A stretch of DNA of 6,008 nucleotides from a virus (IMGVR_UViG_2693429677_000001), one strand, 5' to 3'; shown: positions 1 to 6,003, counted from the first letter of the stretch. Notes: a model not told the origin generated them from the sequence alone. Numbers and translations: made by a program.

Positions 1-1044
1 GAAACGTACAAACCGCAGTTACAGGAAGGCAGTGGTCGTACCCAGACTATCCGCATGATTCTGGTTGTCACGAATACCGAAGCCATCACGCTGAAAATCG
101 ACCCGTCGGTGGTACTGGCGACCCGTAAATACGTGGATGATGAAGTCCTGGAATTAAGGCTGTATGTGGATGACCAGATGAGAAACCACATTGCCGCACA
201 GGATCCTCATACCCAGTATGCACAGAAACATAATCCGACATTTACCGGAGAACCAAAAGCGCCGACGCCTGATGCAGGAAATAACACCACGCGGATTGCG
301 ACCACTGCGTTTGTACAGGCTGCTATTACCGCTCTGATTAACGGCGCGCCAGCCACGCTGGACACACTGAAAGAAATTGCCGCGGCCATTAACAATGATC
401 CGAAATTCAGCACCACCATTAACAATGCGCTGTCAGGTAAGCAGCCACTGGATGAGACGCTGACTCATTTGAGTGGAAAGGATGTTGCCGGTCTTCTCGC
501 ATACCTTGGTTTGGGAGAAGGCTCTGCATTACCGGTTGGGGTGCCTGTTCCGTGGCCTTCAGCCACTCCGCCAACAGGCTGGCTGAAATGCAACGGTGCC
601 GCTTTTTCTGCTGAAGAATACCCGGAACTGGCAAAGGCTTACCCGACCAATAAATTGCCTGATTTACGCGGTGAATTTATTCGTGGCTGGGATGATGGAC
701 GTGGAGTGGATGCGGGACGTGCCTTGCTAAGTCTTCAGGATGACTCTTTTGAAGCGCACAGGCATGAGTCCTTTTTTTACGCGGGTATTTATCGCAATGA
801 AACACCATTAAAAAATCTTCCAAGTTCAGACGAGATGCTGACTTTAAGTTCCACAACTAATGCCTTGTCCCCGGACAGTATTGATGCCACTAATTCGTTA
901 ATTGGTAATGATGATTACAACTGTCTGATTGAAGGAAATAAAAATAACAAACGAACGGCGACGGGGTTGAGTACCAGTATTGTCGGTGCAGCAGAGACAC
1001 GCCCACGTAATATTTCATTTAATTACATTGTGAGGGCTGCATGA
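1..1044 (+). CDS. Phage tail fiber protein, 5'-partial (gene starts upstream of window); copy 1 of the variable C-terminal region
   Basis: Frame is open from base 1 (ETYKPQLQEGSGRTQTIRMILVV...) to TGA at 1042-1044. C-terminus ...ETRPRNISFNYIVRAA resembles the conserved C-terminal motif of Mu S / P1 S / lambdoid Stf-type fibers. 4-bp ATGA overlap with the downstream tfa suggests translational coupling. The ORF track's ATG at 55 is an internal Met. Confidence 0.85.
   Translation, partial: ETYKPQLQEGSGRTQTIRMILVVTNTEAITLKIDPSVVLATRKYVDDEVLELRLYVDDQMRNHIAAQDPHTQYAQKHNPTFTGEPKAPTPDAGNNTTRIATTAFVQAAITALINGAPATLDTLKEIAAAINNDPKFSTTINNALSGKQPLDETLTHLSGKDVAGLLAYLGLGEGSALPVGVPVPWPSATPPTGWLKCNGAAFSAEEYPELAKAYPTNKLPDLRGEFIRGWDDGRGVDAGRALLSLQDDSFEAHRHESFFYAGIYRNETPLKNLPSSDEMLTLSSTTNALSPDSIDATNSLIGNDDYNCLIEGNKNNKRTATGLSTSIVGAAETRPRNISFNYIVRAA
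494..519. other. Putative 26-bp invertase crossover site (gix/pix/hix-like), copy inside repeat A
   Basis: TTCTCGCATACC-TT-GGTTTGGGAGAA: two 12-bp half-sites around a 2-bp core. The right half-site matches the TTnTCnnAAACC-type half-site of Gin/Hin systems (compare gix TTCCTGTAAACCGAGGTTTTGGATAA). Lies at the constant/variable boundary of the fiber gene (LGLGE). Confidence 0.5.
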
Positions 1045-1511
1045 TGTATAACGCCATCTTAAATAGTAAATTTATTGCCACAAAGGCAGGAGAGATTACC
1101 GTTTATAACTATGACAGTGAGACACGGGAGTATATTTCTGCATCAACTGAATATCTTGCTGTGGGTGTCGGTATCCCTGCATATTCCTGTTTAGATGCTC
1201 CTGGCACACATAAGGCTGGTTATGCAATCTGCCGTTCGGCAGATTTAAACTCATGGGAATATGTGCCAGACCATCGCGGTGAAGTTGTCTATAACACCGA
1301 AACGGGAGAATCAAAAGAAATCACAGCTCCGGGTGATTACCCTGAAAATACAACCACTACCGTCCCGTTAACGCCATACGATAAATGGGATGGTGAGAAA
1401 TGGGTGACGGATACCGAGGCACAGCATAGCGCCGCAGTAGAAGCGGCAGAAAGGCCGTTGGTGATGCGAATGGTGTCTTGCCGACACCAGACCCGGCACA
1501 GACAAAACTGA
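1041..1511 (+). CDS. tfa: Tail fiber assembly protein (Tfa / P2 gpG / Mu U-like), copy 1, 3'-disrupted: conserved C-terminal domain replaced by 19 out-of-frame residues at the duplication junction (likely pseudogene)
   Basis: Residues 1-137 (MMYNAILNSKF...AAVEAAE) are identical to the intact copy at 2719..3324. After base 1451 the frame runs into fiber-gene sequence and ends RPLVMRMVSCRHQTRHRQN*. The conserved tfa C-terminus (...LDYIDAVTATDTSTAPDVIWPELPEA) is missing. Confidence 0.6.
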   Translation: MMYNAILNSKFIATKAGEITVYNYDSETREYISASTEYLAVGVGIPAYSCLDAPGTHKAGYAICRSADLNSWEYVPDHRGEVVYNTETGESKEITAPGDYPENTTTTVPLTPYDKWDGEKWVTDTEAQHSAAVEAAERPLVMRMVSCRHQTRHRQN

Positions 1512-2722
1512 TTAACCAGAAACGCATCGCGCCGCTGAATCTTCTGAGTGTTGACCCGAACAACCAGAGCCAGATTATTGCGGAGCAAATCATCCCTGAG
1601 AACGAGGGCGGATTCTGGATCCGTGAGATTGGGCTTTATGATGATGAAGGCGTACTCATTGCGGTGGCGAACTGCCCGGAAACGTACAAACCGCAGTTAC
1701 AGGAAGGCAGTGGTCGTACCCAGACTATCCGCATGATTCTGGTTGTCACGAATACCGAAGCCATCACGCTGAAAATCGACCCGTCGGTGGTACTGGCGAC
1801 CCGTAAATACGTGGATGATGAAGTCCTGGAATTAAGGCTGTATGTGGATGACCAGATGAGAAACCACATTGCCGCACAGGATCCTCATACCCAGTATGCA
1901 CAGAAACATAATCCGACATTTACCGGAGAACCAAAAGCGCCGACGCCTGATGCAGGAAATAACACCACGCGGATTGCGACCACTGCGTTTGTACAGGCTG
2001 CTATTACCGCTCTGATTAACGGCGCGCCAGCCACGCTGGACACACTGAAAGAAATTGCCGCGGCCATTAACAATGATCCGAAATTCAGCACCACCATTAA
2101 CAATGCGCTGTCAGGTAAGCAGCCACTGGATGAGACGCTGACTCATTTGAGTGGAAAGGATGTTGCCGGTCTTCTCGCATACCTTGGTTTGGGAGAAGGC
2201 TCTGCATTACCGGTTGGGGTGCCTGTTCCGTGGCCTTCAGCCACTCCGCCAACAGGCTGGCTGAAATGCAACGGTGCCGCTTTTTCTGCTGAAGAATACC
2301 CGGAACTGGCAAAGGCTTACCCGACCAATAAATTGCCTGATTTACGCGGTGAATTTATTCGTGGCTGGGATGATGGACGTGGAGTGGATGCGGGACGTGC
2401 CTTGCTAAGTCTTCAGGATGACTCTTTTGAAGCGCACAGGCATGAGTCCTTTTTTTACGCGGGTATTTATCGCAATGAAACACCATTAAAAAATCTTCCA
2501 AGTTCAGACGAGATGCTGACTTTAAGTTCCACAACTAATGCCTTGTCCCCGGACAGTATTGATGCCACTAATTCGTTAATTGGTAATGATGATTACAACT
2601 GTCTGATTGAAGGAAATAAAAATAACAAACGAACGGCGACGGGGTTGAGTACCAGTATTGTCGGTGCAGCAGAGACACGCCCACGTAATATTTCATTTAA
2701 TTACATTGTGAGGGCTGCATGA
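1478..2722 (+). CDS. Phage tail fiber protein, second copy, 5'-truncated (constant region + variable C-terminal cassette Sv); no credible start codon
   Basis: In-frame coding from about 1452 (KAVGDANGVLPTPDPAQTKL...GGFWIREIGLYDDEGVLIAVAN...), which resembles the N-proximal region of P2 gpH-type fibers. The last 329 aa are identical to 55..1044. The 'M' at 1478 is a TTG with no Shine-Dalgarno; an in-frame TAG lies at 1427-1429. Stop at 2720-2722 overlaps the tfa start (ATGA). Confidence 0.65.
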   Translation: MPTPDPAQTKLINQKRIAPLNLLSVDPNNQSQIIAEQIIPENEGGFWIREIGLYDDEGVLIAVANCPETYKPQLQEGSGRTQTIRMILVVTNTEAITLKIDPSVVLATRKYVDDEVLELRLYVDDQMRNHIAAQDPHTQYAQKHNPTFTGEPKAPTPDAGNNTTRIATTAFVQAAITALINGAPATLDTLKEIAAAINNDPKFSTTINNALSGKQPLDETLTHLSGKDVAGLLAYLGLGEGSALPVGVPVPWPSATPPTGWLKCNGAAFSAEEYPELAKAYPTNKLPDLRGEFIRGWDDGRGVDAGRALLSLQDDSFEAHRHESFFYAGIYRNETPLKNLPSSDEMLTLSSTTNALSPDSIDATNSLIGNDDYNCLIEGNKNNKRTATGLSTSIVGAAETRPRNISFNYIVRAA

Positions 2723-3129
2723 TGTATAACGCCATCTTAAATAGTAAATTTATTGCCACAAAGGCAGGAGAGATTACCGTTTATAACTATGACAGTGAGA
2801 CACGGGAGTATATTTCTGCATCAACTGAATATCTTGCTGTGGGTGTCGGTATCCCTGCATATTCCTGTTTAGATGCTCCTGGCACACATAAGGCTGGTTA
2901 TGCAATCTGCCGTTCGGCAGATTTAAACTCATGGGAATATGTGCCAGACCATCGCGGTGAAGTTGTCTATAACACCGAAACGGGAGAATCAAAAGAAATC
3001 ACAGCTCCGGGTGATTACCCTGAAAATACAACCACTACCGTCCCGTTAACGCCATACGATAAATGGGATGGTGAGAAATGGGTGACGGATACCGAGGCAC
3101 AGCATAGCGCCGCAGTAGAAGCGGCAGAA
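1679..3129. repeat. Direct repeat copy B (perfect 1451 bp)
   Basis: Same as copy A, shifted by 1678 bp. The 227 bp between the copies (1452..1678) encodes fiber constant-region sequence. Confidence 0.9.
2172..2197. other. Putative left crossover site of the invertible segment (pixL-like)
   Basis: Identical to 494..519. Bases 2184..2198 (TTGGTTTGGGAGAAG) are a perfect 15-bp inverted repeat with 4066..4080. Confidence 0.6.
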
Positions 3130-3324
3130 GCACAGCGCCAGTCGCTGATTGATGCTGCAATGGCTTCCATCAGTCTGATTCAACTGAAATTACAGGCCGG
3201 GCGGAAGCTGACGCAGGCAGAAACCACCCGACTTAACGCTGTGCTGGATTACATTGACGCAGTGACGGCAACAGATACCAGCACTGCGCCGGATGTCATC
3301 TGGCCTGAACTGCCGGAGGCGTAG
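2719..3324 (+). CDS. tfa: Tail fiber assembly protein (Tfa / gpG / U-like), intact copy
   Basis: 201-aa ORF, translationally coupled to the upstream fiber gene. C-terminal ...LNAVLDYIDAVTATDTSTAPDVIWPELPEA parallels the C-terminus of the minus-strand tfa' (...LWLDYLDALELIDTSSAPDIEWPTPP), as expected for the two chaperones of an invertible fiber segment. Confidence 0.85.
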   Translation: MMYNAILNSKFIATKAGEITVYNYDSETREYISASTEYLAVGVGIPAYSCLDAPGTHKAGYAICRSADLNSWEYVPDHRGEVVYNTETGESKEITAPGDYPENTTTTVPLTPYDKWDGEKWVTDTEAQHSAAVEAAEAQRQSLIDAAMASISLIQLKLQAGRKLTQAETTRLNAVLDYIDAVTATDTSTAPDVIWPELPEA

Positions 3325-3715
3325 GCCATTCAATATCTGGAGCACTGGAGGTATCAATCAGTTCCAGTGCGTCCAGATAATCCAGCCACAAATTATATTG
3401 CGCCAGTTCCTCACTTTTCAGACGACCAATAGCCGCTTTACCTGGCCATTGTCTGCTGTTCATGTGCTCGTTGGCTTCATTAATAAGTTTTCTTTTTTTC
3501 AAATCCGCCAATGCAATAAGGTTTTCTTTTGATAAAGGTGGTTGCTCTGTCAAAACCGGATATCCCTCCTGATTGCTGACTATTTTCATGCCATTATCCT
3601 GACCATCCAGTAGTAACAGCCATTCATCCGTGGTTATCTCAACAGCATCTGAAGGTGCTTTATTTAAATCGGTAAAAAAACCATTTTCTTTTTGTGAATA
3701 GAAGTATCTGTCCAT
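3296..3715 (-). CDS. tfa: Alternative tail fiber assembly protein (tfa' / U'-like) for the inverted orientation
   Basis: 139-aa minus-strand ORF immediately downstream (on minus) of the alternative fiber cassette: TAA TAA ATG junction at 3713-3721. Conserved tfa C-terminal motif DYLDALELIDTSSAPDIEWP. Its 3' end overlaps the + strand tfa 3' end by about 29 bp. Confidence 0.8.
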   Translation of the reverse strand: MDRYFYSQKENGFFTDLNKAPSDAVEITTDEWLLLLDGQDNGMKIVSNQEGYPVLTEQPPLSKENLIALADLKKRKLINEANEHMNSRQWPGKAAIGRLKSEELAQYNLWLDYLDALELIDTSSAPDIEWPTPPAVQAR

Positions 3716-3718
3716 TTA

Positions 3719-4120
3719 TTAATCTCCAAAAGCAATCCAGTAAGCAAAAGGATTTACTCCTTGCTCAGTCACAGATGACATCAGGGAAAATTGCGATGGT
3801 GAAACAGGTAACGCTGCAAAACTAACCATTGTTGACACACCTGACCGTGCATTATCGTACGATGCAACAACACAATAATTGGTATTGCTGAAAGATATCG
3901 GCAGGGTGATATTTACAGGTGAGCCTAATGGCCCTGATGCTGATATTCCCATTTGAATGATGGTTCCATCAGGCAATTTTCTCCAGCGATTAGAACTCGG
4001 ATTTCTTTTCCAGGCTGACATATCCGGTATCTGATTTTCTCCTGTGCCCACATCCCTTTTCGCCGCTTCTCCCAAACCAACGTTTATGAAAATGCAGAGA
4101 TAACGGCTAACTGGCATCAT
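3719..4120 (-). CDS. Alternative tail fiber C-terminal cassette (Sv'-like); promoterless, expected to fuse in-frame to the constant fiber region after inversion
   Basis: Minus-strand ORF beginning inside the segment next to the right crossover site. Reading from the site gives ...NVGLGEAAKRDVGTGENQ..., sharing the GLGE junction with the + strand fiber (...AYLGLGEGSALPV...) exactly at the 15-bp inverted repeat. The true coding start after inversion would be the crossover point (about 4066), not the ATG at 4120. Confidence 0.7.
   Translation of the reverse strand: MMPVSRYLCIFINVGLGEAAKRDVGTGENQIPDMSAWKRNPSSNRWRKLPDGTIIQMGISASGPLGSPVNITLPISFSNTNYCVVASYDNARSGVSTMVSFAALPVSPSQFSLMSSVTEQGVNPFAYWIAFGD
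4067..4092. other. Putative right crossover site (pixR-like), inverted relative to 2172..2197
   Basis: TTCTCCCAAACC-AA-CGTTTATGAAAA; its reverse complement TTTTCATAAACG-TT-GGTTTGGGAGAA shares the core and right half-site with the left site. Located 55 bp upstream of the invertase start, at the 5' end of the minus-strand fiber cassette. Confidence 0.6.
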
Positions 4121-4147
4121 CTCCGGTTTTTATTCAGGGGGATGATC

Positions 4148-4741
4148 ATGCTTATTGGCTATGTACGCGTGTCAACAAATGACCAGAACACGGAATTGCA
4201 GAGTAATGCGCTGGAGTGTGCAGGATGTGAGCTGATTTTTGAGGATAAAATCAGCGGCTCGAAGTCCGACAGGCCGGGGCTGAAAAAACTGCTCAGGACA
4301 CTATCGGCAGGAGACACGTTGGTTGTCTGGAAGCTGGACAGACTGGGGCGCAGTATGCGGCATCTCGTTACGCTGATAGAAGAGTTGCGCCAGCGTGGTG
4401 TGAATTTCAGAAGCCTGACTGACAGTATTGATACCAGTACCCCAATGGGCCGTTTCTTTTTTCATGTCATGGGTGCCCTGGCTGAAATGGAGCGAGAACT
4501 CATTGTCGAGCGGACACGCGCAGGACTGGAAGCGGCCAGAGCCAAAGGTCGTATTGGTGGCAGACGACCGAAACTCACCGCGAGTGAGTGGGAGCAGGTC
4601 GGACGGTTGCTGGCTGCGGGGGAATCTCGTCAACGTGTGGCGCTGATTTTTGATATTGGCCTGTCCACGCTCTATAAAAAATTCCCCTCATCAGCGACAA
4701 AGAATAAATTGTGTCATCCCTTAGCCAACCGGGACAAATAG
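4148..4741 (+). CDS. pin: Serine DNA invertase of the Gin/Pin/Hin/Cin family
   Basis: MLIGYVRVSTNDQNT...DTLVVWKLDRLGRSMRHL...RSLTDSIDTSTPMGRFFFHVMGALAEMERELIVERT...GRIGGRRPKL...STLYKKF is near-identical in motif content to Gin (Mu) and Pin (e14), with the catalytic Ser in YVRVSTNDQ and a C-terminal HTH. ATG at 4148 has a GGGGG Shine-Dalgarno 6 nt upstream; the ORF track's ATG at 4142 abuts the SD and is unlikely. The symbol is a family-level guess; the exact orthologue was not determined. Confidence 0.9.
   Translation: MLIGYVRVSTNDQNTELQSNALECAGCELIFEDKISGSKSDRPGLKKLLRTLSAGDTLVVWKLDRLGRSMRHLVTLIEELRQRGVNFRSLTDSIDTSTPMGRFFFHVMGALAEMERELIVERTRAGLEAARAKGRIGGRRPKLTASEWEQVGRLLAAGESRQRVALIFDIGLSTLYKKFPSSATKNKLCHPLANRDK
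4165..4250. promoter_or_regulatory. Possible Fis-dependent recombinational enhancer (sis-like) within the 5' coding region of the invertase gene
   Basis: In Hin and Gin systems the enhancer lies in the first ~100-150 bp of the invertase coding sequence. The segment here (gtgtcaacaaatgaccagaacacggaattgcagagtaatgcgctg...) resembles the Hin enhancer region as I remember it. Individual Fis sites cannot be placed by eye. Confidence 0.3.
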
Positions 4742-4800
4742 CCTGACATCTCCGGCACAATTGAAAATACCACTCACCCATTAACCACGGAGTTAAACGG
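4742..4800 (+). promoter_or_regulatory. Intergenic region expected to carry the late promoter / RBS for the FI-FII tail operon
   Basis: 59-bp gap between invertase stop and FI start with an SD near 4788-4792. In P2 the PF late promoter (Ogr-activated, TGT-N12-ACA dyad near -55) sits upstream of FI. I could not find a clean dyad here; an imperfect TGTC-N17-GACA lies at 4722-4746. Confidence 0.2.
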
Positions 4801-5991
4801 ATGAGTGACTATCATCACGGCGTGCAGGTGCTGGAGATTAACGACGGCACCCGCGTCATTTCCACCGTATCCACTGCCATTGTCGGCATGGTCTGCACGG
4901 CCAGCGATGCGGATGCGGAAATCTTCCCCCTCAATAAACCGGTGCTGATCACCAATGTGCAGAGCGCGATTGCAAAGGCCGGTAAAAAAGGCACGCTGGC
5001 GGCATCGTTGCAGGCCATCGCTGACCAGTCAAAACCGGTCACCGTTGTCGTGCGCGTGGAAGACGGCACCGGCGACGACGAAGAAACGAAACTCGCGCAG
5101 ACCGTTTCCAATATCATCGGCACCACTGACGAAAACGGTCAGTACACCGGACTGAAAGCCCTGCTGGCGGCGGAGTCGGTTACCGGTGTTAAACCGCGTA
5201 TTCTTGGTGTGCCGGGGCTGGATACCAAAGAGGTGGCTGTTGCACTGGCATCAGTCTGTCAGAAGCTGCGCGCTTTCGGATATATCAGCGCATGGGGCTG
5301 TAAAACCATTTCCGAGGTGAAAGCTTACCGCCAGAATTTCAGCCAGCGTGAGCTGATGGTCATCTGGCCGGATTTCCTCGCATGGGATACGGTCACCAGT
5401 ACCACCGCCACCGCGTATGCCACCGCCCGTGCGCTGGGTCTGCGTGCCAAAATCGACCAGGAGCAGGGCTGGCATAAAACGCTGTCCAACGTCGGGGTGA
5501 ACGGTGTTACCGGCATCAGCGCCTCTGTATTCTGGGATTTGCAGGAGTCCGGCACCGATGCTGACCTGCTTAACGAGTCAGGCGTCACAACACTGATTCG
5601 CCGTGACGGTTTCCGCTTCTGGGGTAACCGTACCTGCTCTGATGACCCGCTGTTCCTCTTTGAAAACTACACCCGCACCGCGCAGGTGCTGGCCGACACG
5701 ATGGCTGAGGCGCACATGTGGGCGGTGGACAAGCCCATCACCGCAACGCTGATTCGCGACATCGTTGACGGTATCAATGCCAAATTCCGTGAGCTGAAAA
5801 CAAACGGCTATATCGTGGATGCGACCTGCTGGTTCAGCGAAGAATCCAACGATGCGGAAACCCTCAAGGCCGGAAAACTGTATATCGACTACGACTATAC
5901 ACCGGTGCCTCCTCTCGAAAACCTGACCCTGCGCCAGCGTATTACCGATAAATACCTGGCAAATCTGGTCACCTCGGTTAACAGCAATTAA
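4801..5991 (+). CDS. FI: Phage contractile tail sheath protein (P2 gpFI family)
   Basis: 396-aa ORF starting MSDYHHGVQVLEINDGTRVISTVSTAIVGMVCTASDADAE..., which I recognise as the N-terminus and length of P2 FI-type sheath proteins. GGAG-type SD about 8 nt upstream. GC-rich codon usage, distinct from the fiber cassettes. Confidence 0.92.
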   Translation: MSDYHHGVQVLEINDGTRVISTVSTAIVGMVCTASDADAEIFPLNKPVLITNVQSAIAKAGKKGTLAASLQAIADQSKPVTVVVRVEDGTGDDEETKLAQTVSNIIGTTDENGQYTGLKALLAAESVTGVKPRILGVPGLDTKEVAVALASVCQKLRAFGYISAWGCKTISEVKAYRQNFSQRELMVIWPDFLAWDTVTSTTATAYATARALGLRAKIDQEQGWHKTLSNVGVNGVTGISASVFWDLQESGTDADLLNESGVTTLIRRDGFRFWGNRTCSDDPLFLFENYTRTAQVLADTMAEAHMWAVDKPITATLIRDIVDGINAKFRELKTNGYIVDATCWFSEESNDAETLKAGKLYIDYDYTPVPPLENLTLRQRITDKYLANLVTSVNSN

Positions 5992-6003
5992 GGAGCCTGA
6001 CCG

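Larger units (their letters stand above)
1..1451. repeat. Direct repeat copy A (perfect 1451 bp; may extend upstream of window)
   Basis: Bases 1..1451 match 1679..3129 (offset 1678). ORF translations are identical (329-aa fiber C-terminus, first 137 aa of tfa, and the antisense ORFs). Divergence begins at 1452 (a) versus 3130 (g). Confidence 0.9.
2172..4092. other. Invertible tail-fiber host-range segment (G/P/C-segment-like, about 1.9 kb) including its flanking crossover sites
   Basis: Inverted crossover sites flank two convergent fiber-cassette/tfa pairs (Sv-tfa on +, Sv'-tfa' on -), with a serine invertase gene immediately adjacent. This is the architecture of Mu G, P1 C and e14 P segments. 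Confidence 0.65.

Noticed and set aside
207-634. Minus-strand ORFs 207..425 and 419..634 (duplicated at 1885..2103 and 2097..2312)
   Set aside because: They lie entirely antisense within the tail fiber coding region, have no RBS and no recognisable protein features, and are duplicated only because the fiber gene is duplicated.
1096-1314. Minus-strand 72-aa ORF inside tfa (also 2774..2992)
   Set aside because: Antisense to a well-supported tfa gene; low-complexity H/Q/R-rich translation typical of spurious frames.
1478-1480. TTG at 1478 as a genuine start codon for the second fiber copy
   Set aside because: No Shine-Dalgarno upstream, and the homologous residue in copy context is an internal Leu. 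It is an ORF-caller convention, not a start.
1337-1869. ORFs 1337..1588 (-), 1357..1593 (-), 1548..1736 (+) and 1636..1869 (-) around the duplication junction
   Set aside because: All overlap the fiber reading frame in other frames or on the opposite strand; arginine/serine-rich translations with no support as genes.
1-3129. Repeats as a CRISPR array or a diversity-generating retroelement (template/variable repeat pair)
   Set aside because: The repeat is a single 1.45-kb perfect direct duplication, not short repeats with spacers. No reverse transcriptase gene, and no adenine-specific mismatches between copies.
3293-3532. Plus-strand 79-aa ORF 3293..3532
   Set aside because: Antisense to tfa', whose translation has the conserved tfa C-terminal motif. 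Begins inside the tfa/tfa' overlap.
4115-4120. ATG-ATG at 4115..4120 as an independent start for the minus-strand fiber cassette
   Set aside because: The frame continues upstream (on minus) through the crossover site, and the cassette parallels promoterless Sv' segments. Independent expression is unlikely, though not excluded.
4142-4147. ATG at 4142 as invertase start (199 aa)
   Set aside because: The Shine-Dalgarno GGGGG directly abuts this ATG. ATG at 4148 gives the canonical MLIGYVRVST N-terminus with proper spacing.
4722-4746. TGTC-N17-GACA dyad as a P2 Ogr-type late promoter element
   Set aside because: Spacing does not match the TGT-N12-ACA consensus and it overlaps the invertase 3' end. 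Kept only as a low-confidence note.
4301-4781. ORFs 4301..4633 (-), 4428..4646 (+) and 4575..4781 (-) within or overlapping the invertase gene
   Set aside because: Alternative-frame or antisense ORFs inside a strongly supported invertase CDS.
4815-5588. ORFs 4815..5126 (-), 4955..5155 (+), 5251..5475 (-) and 5325..5588 (-) within the sheath gene
   Set aside because: Typical spurious ORFs in GC-rich coding sequence; the sheath frame is unambiguous.
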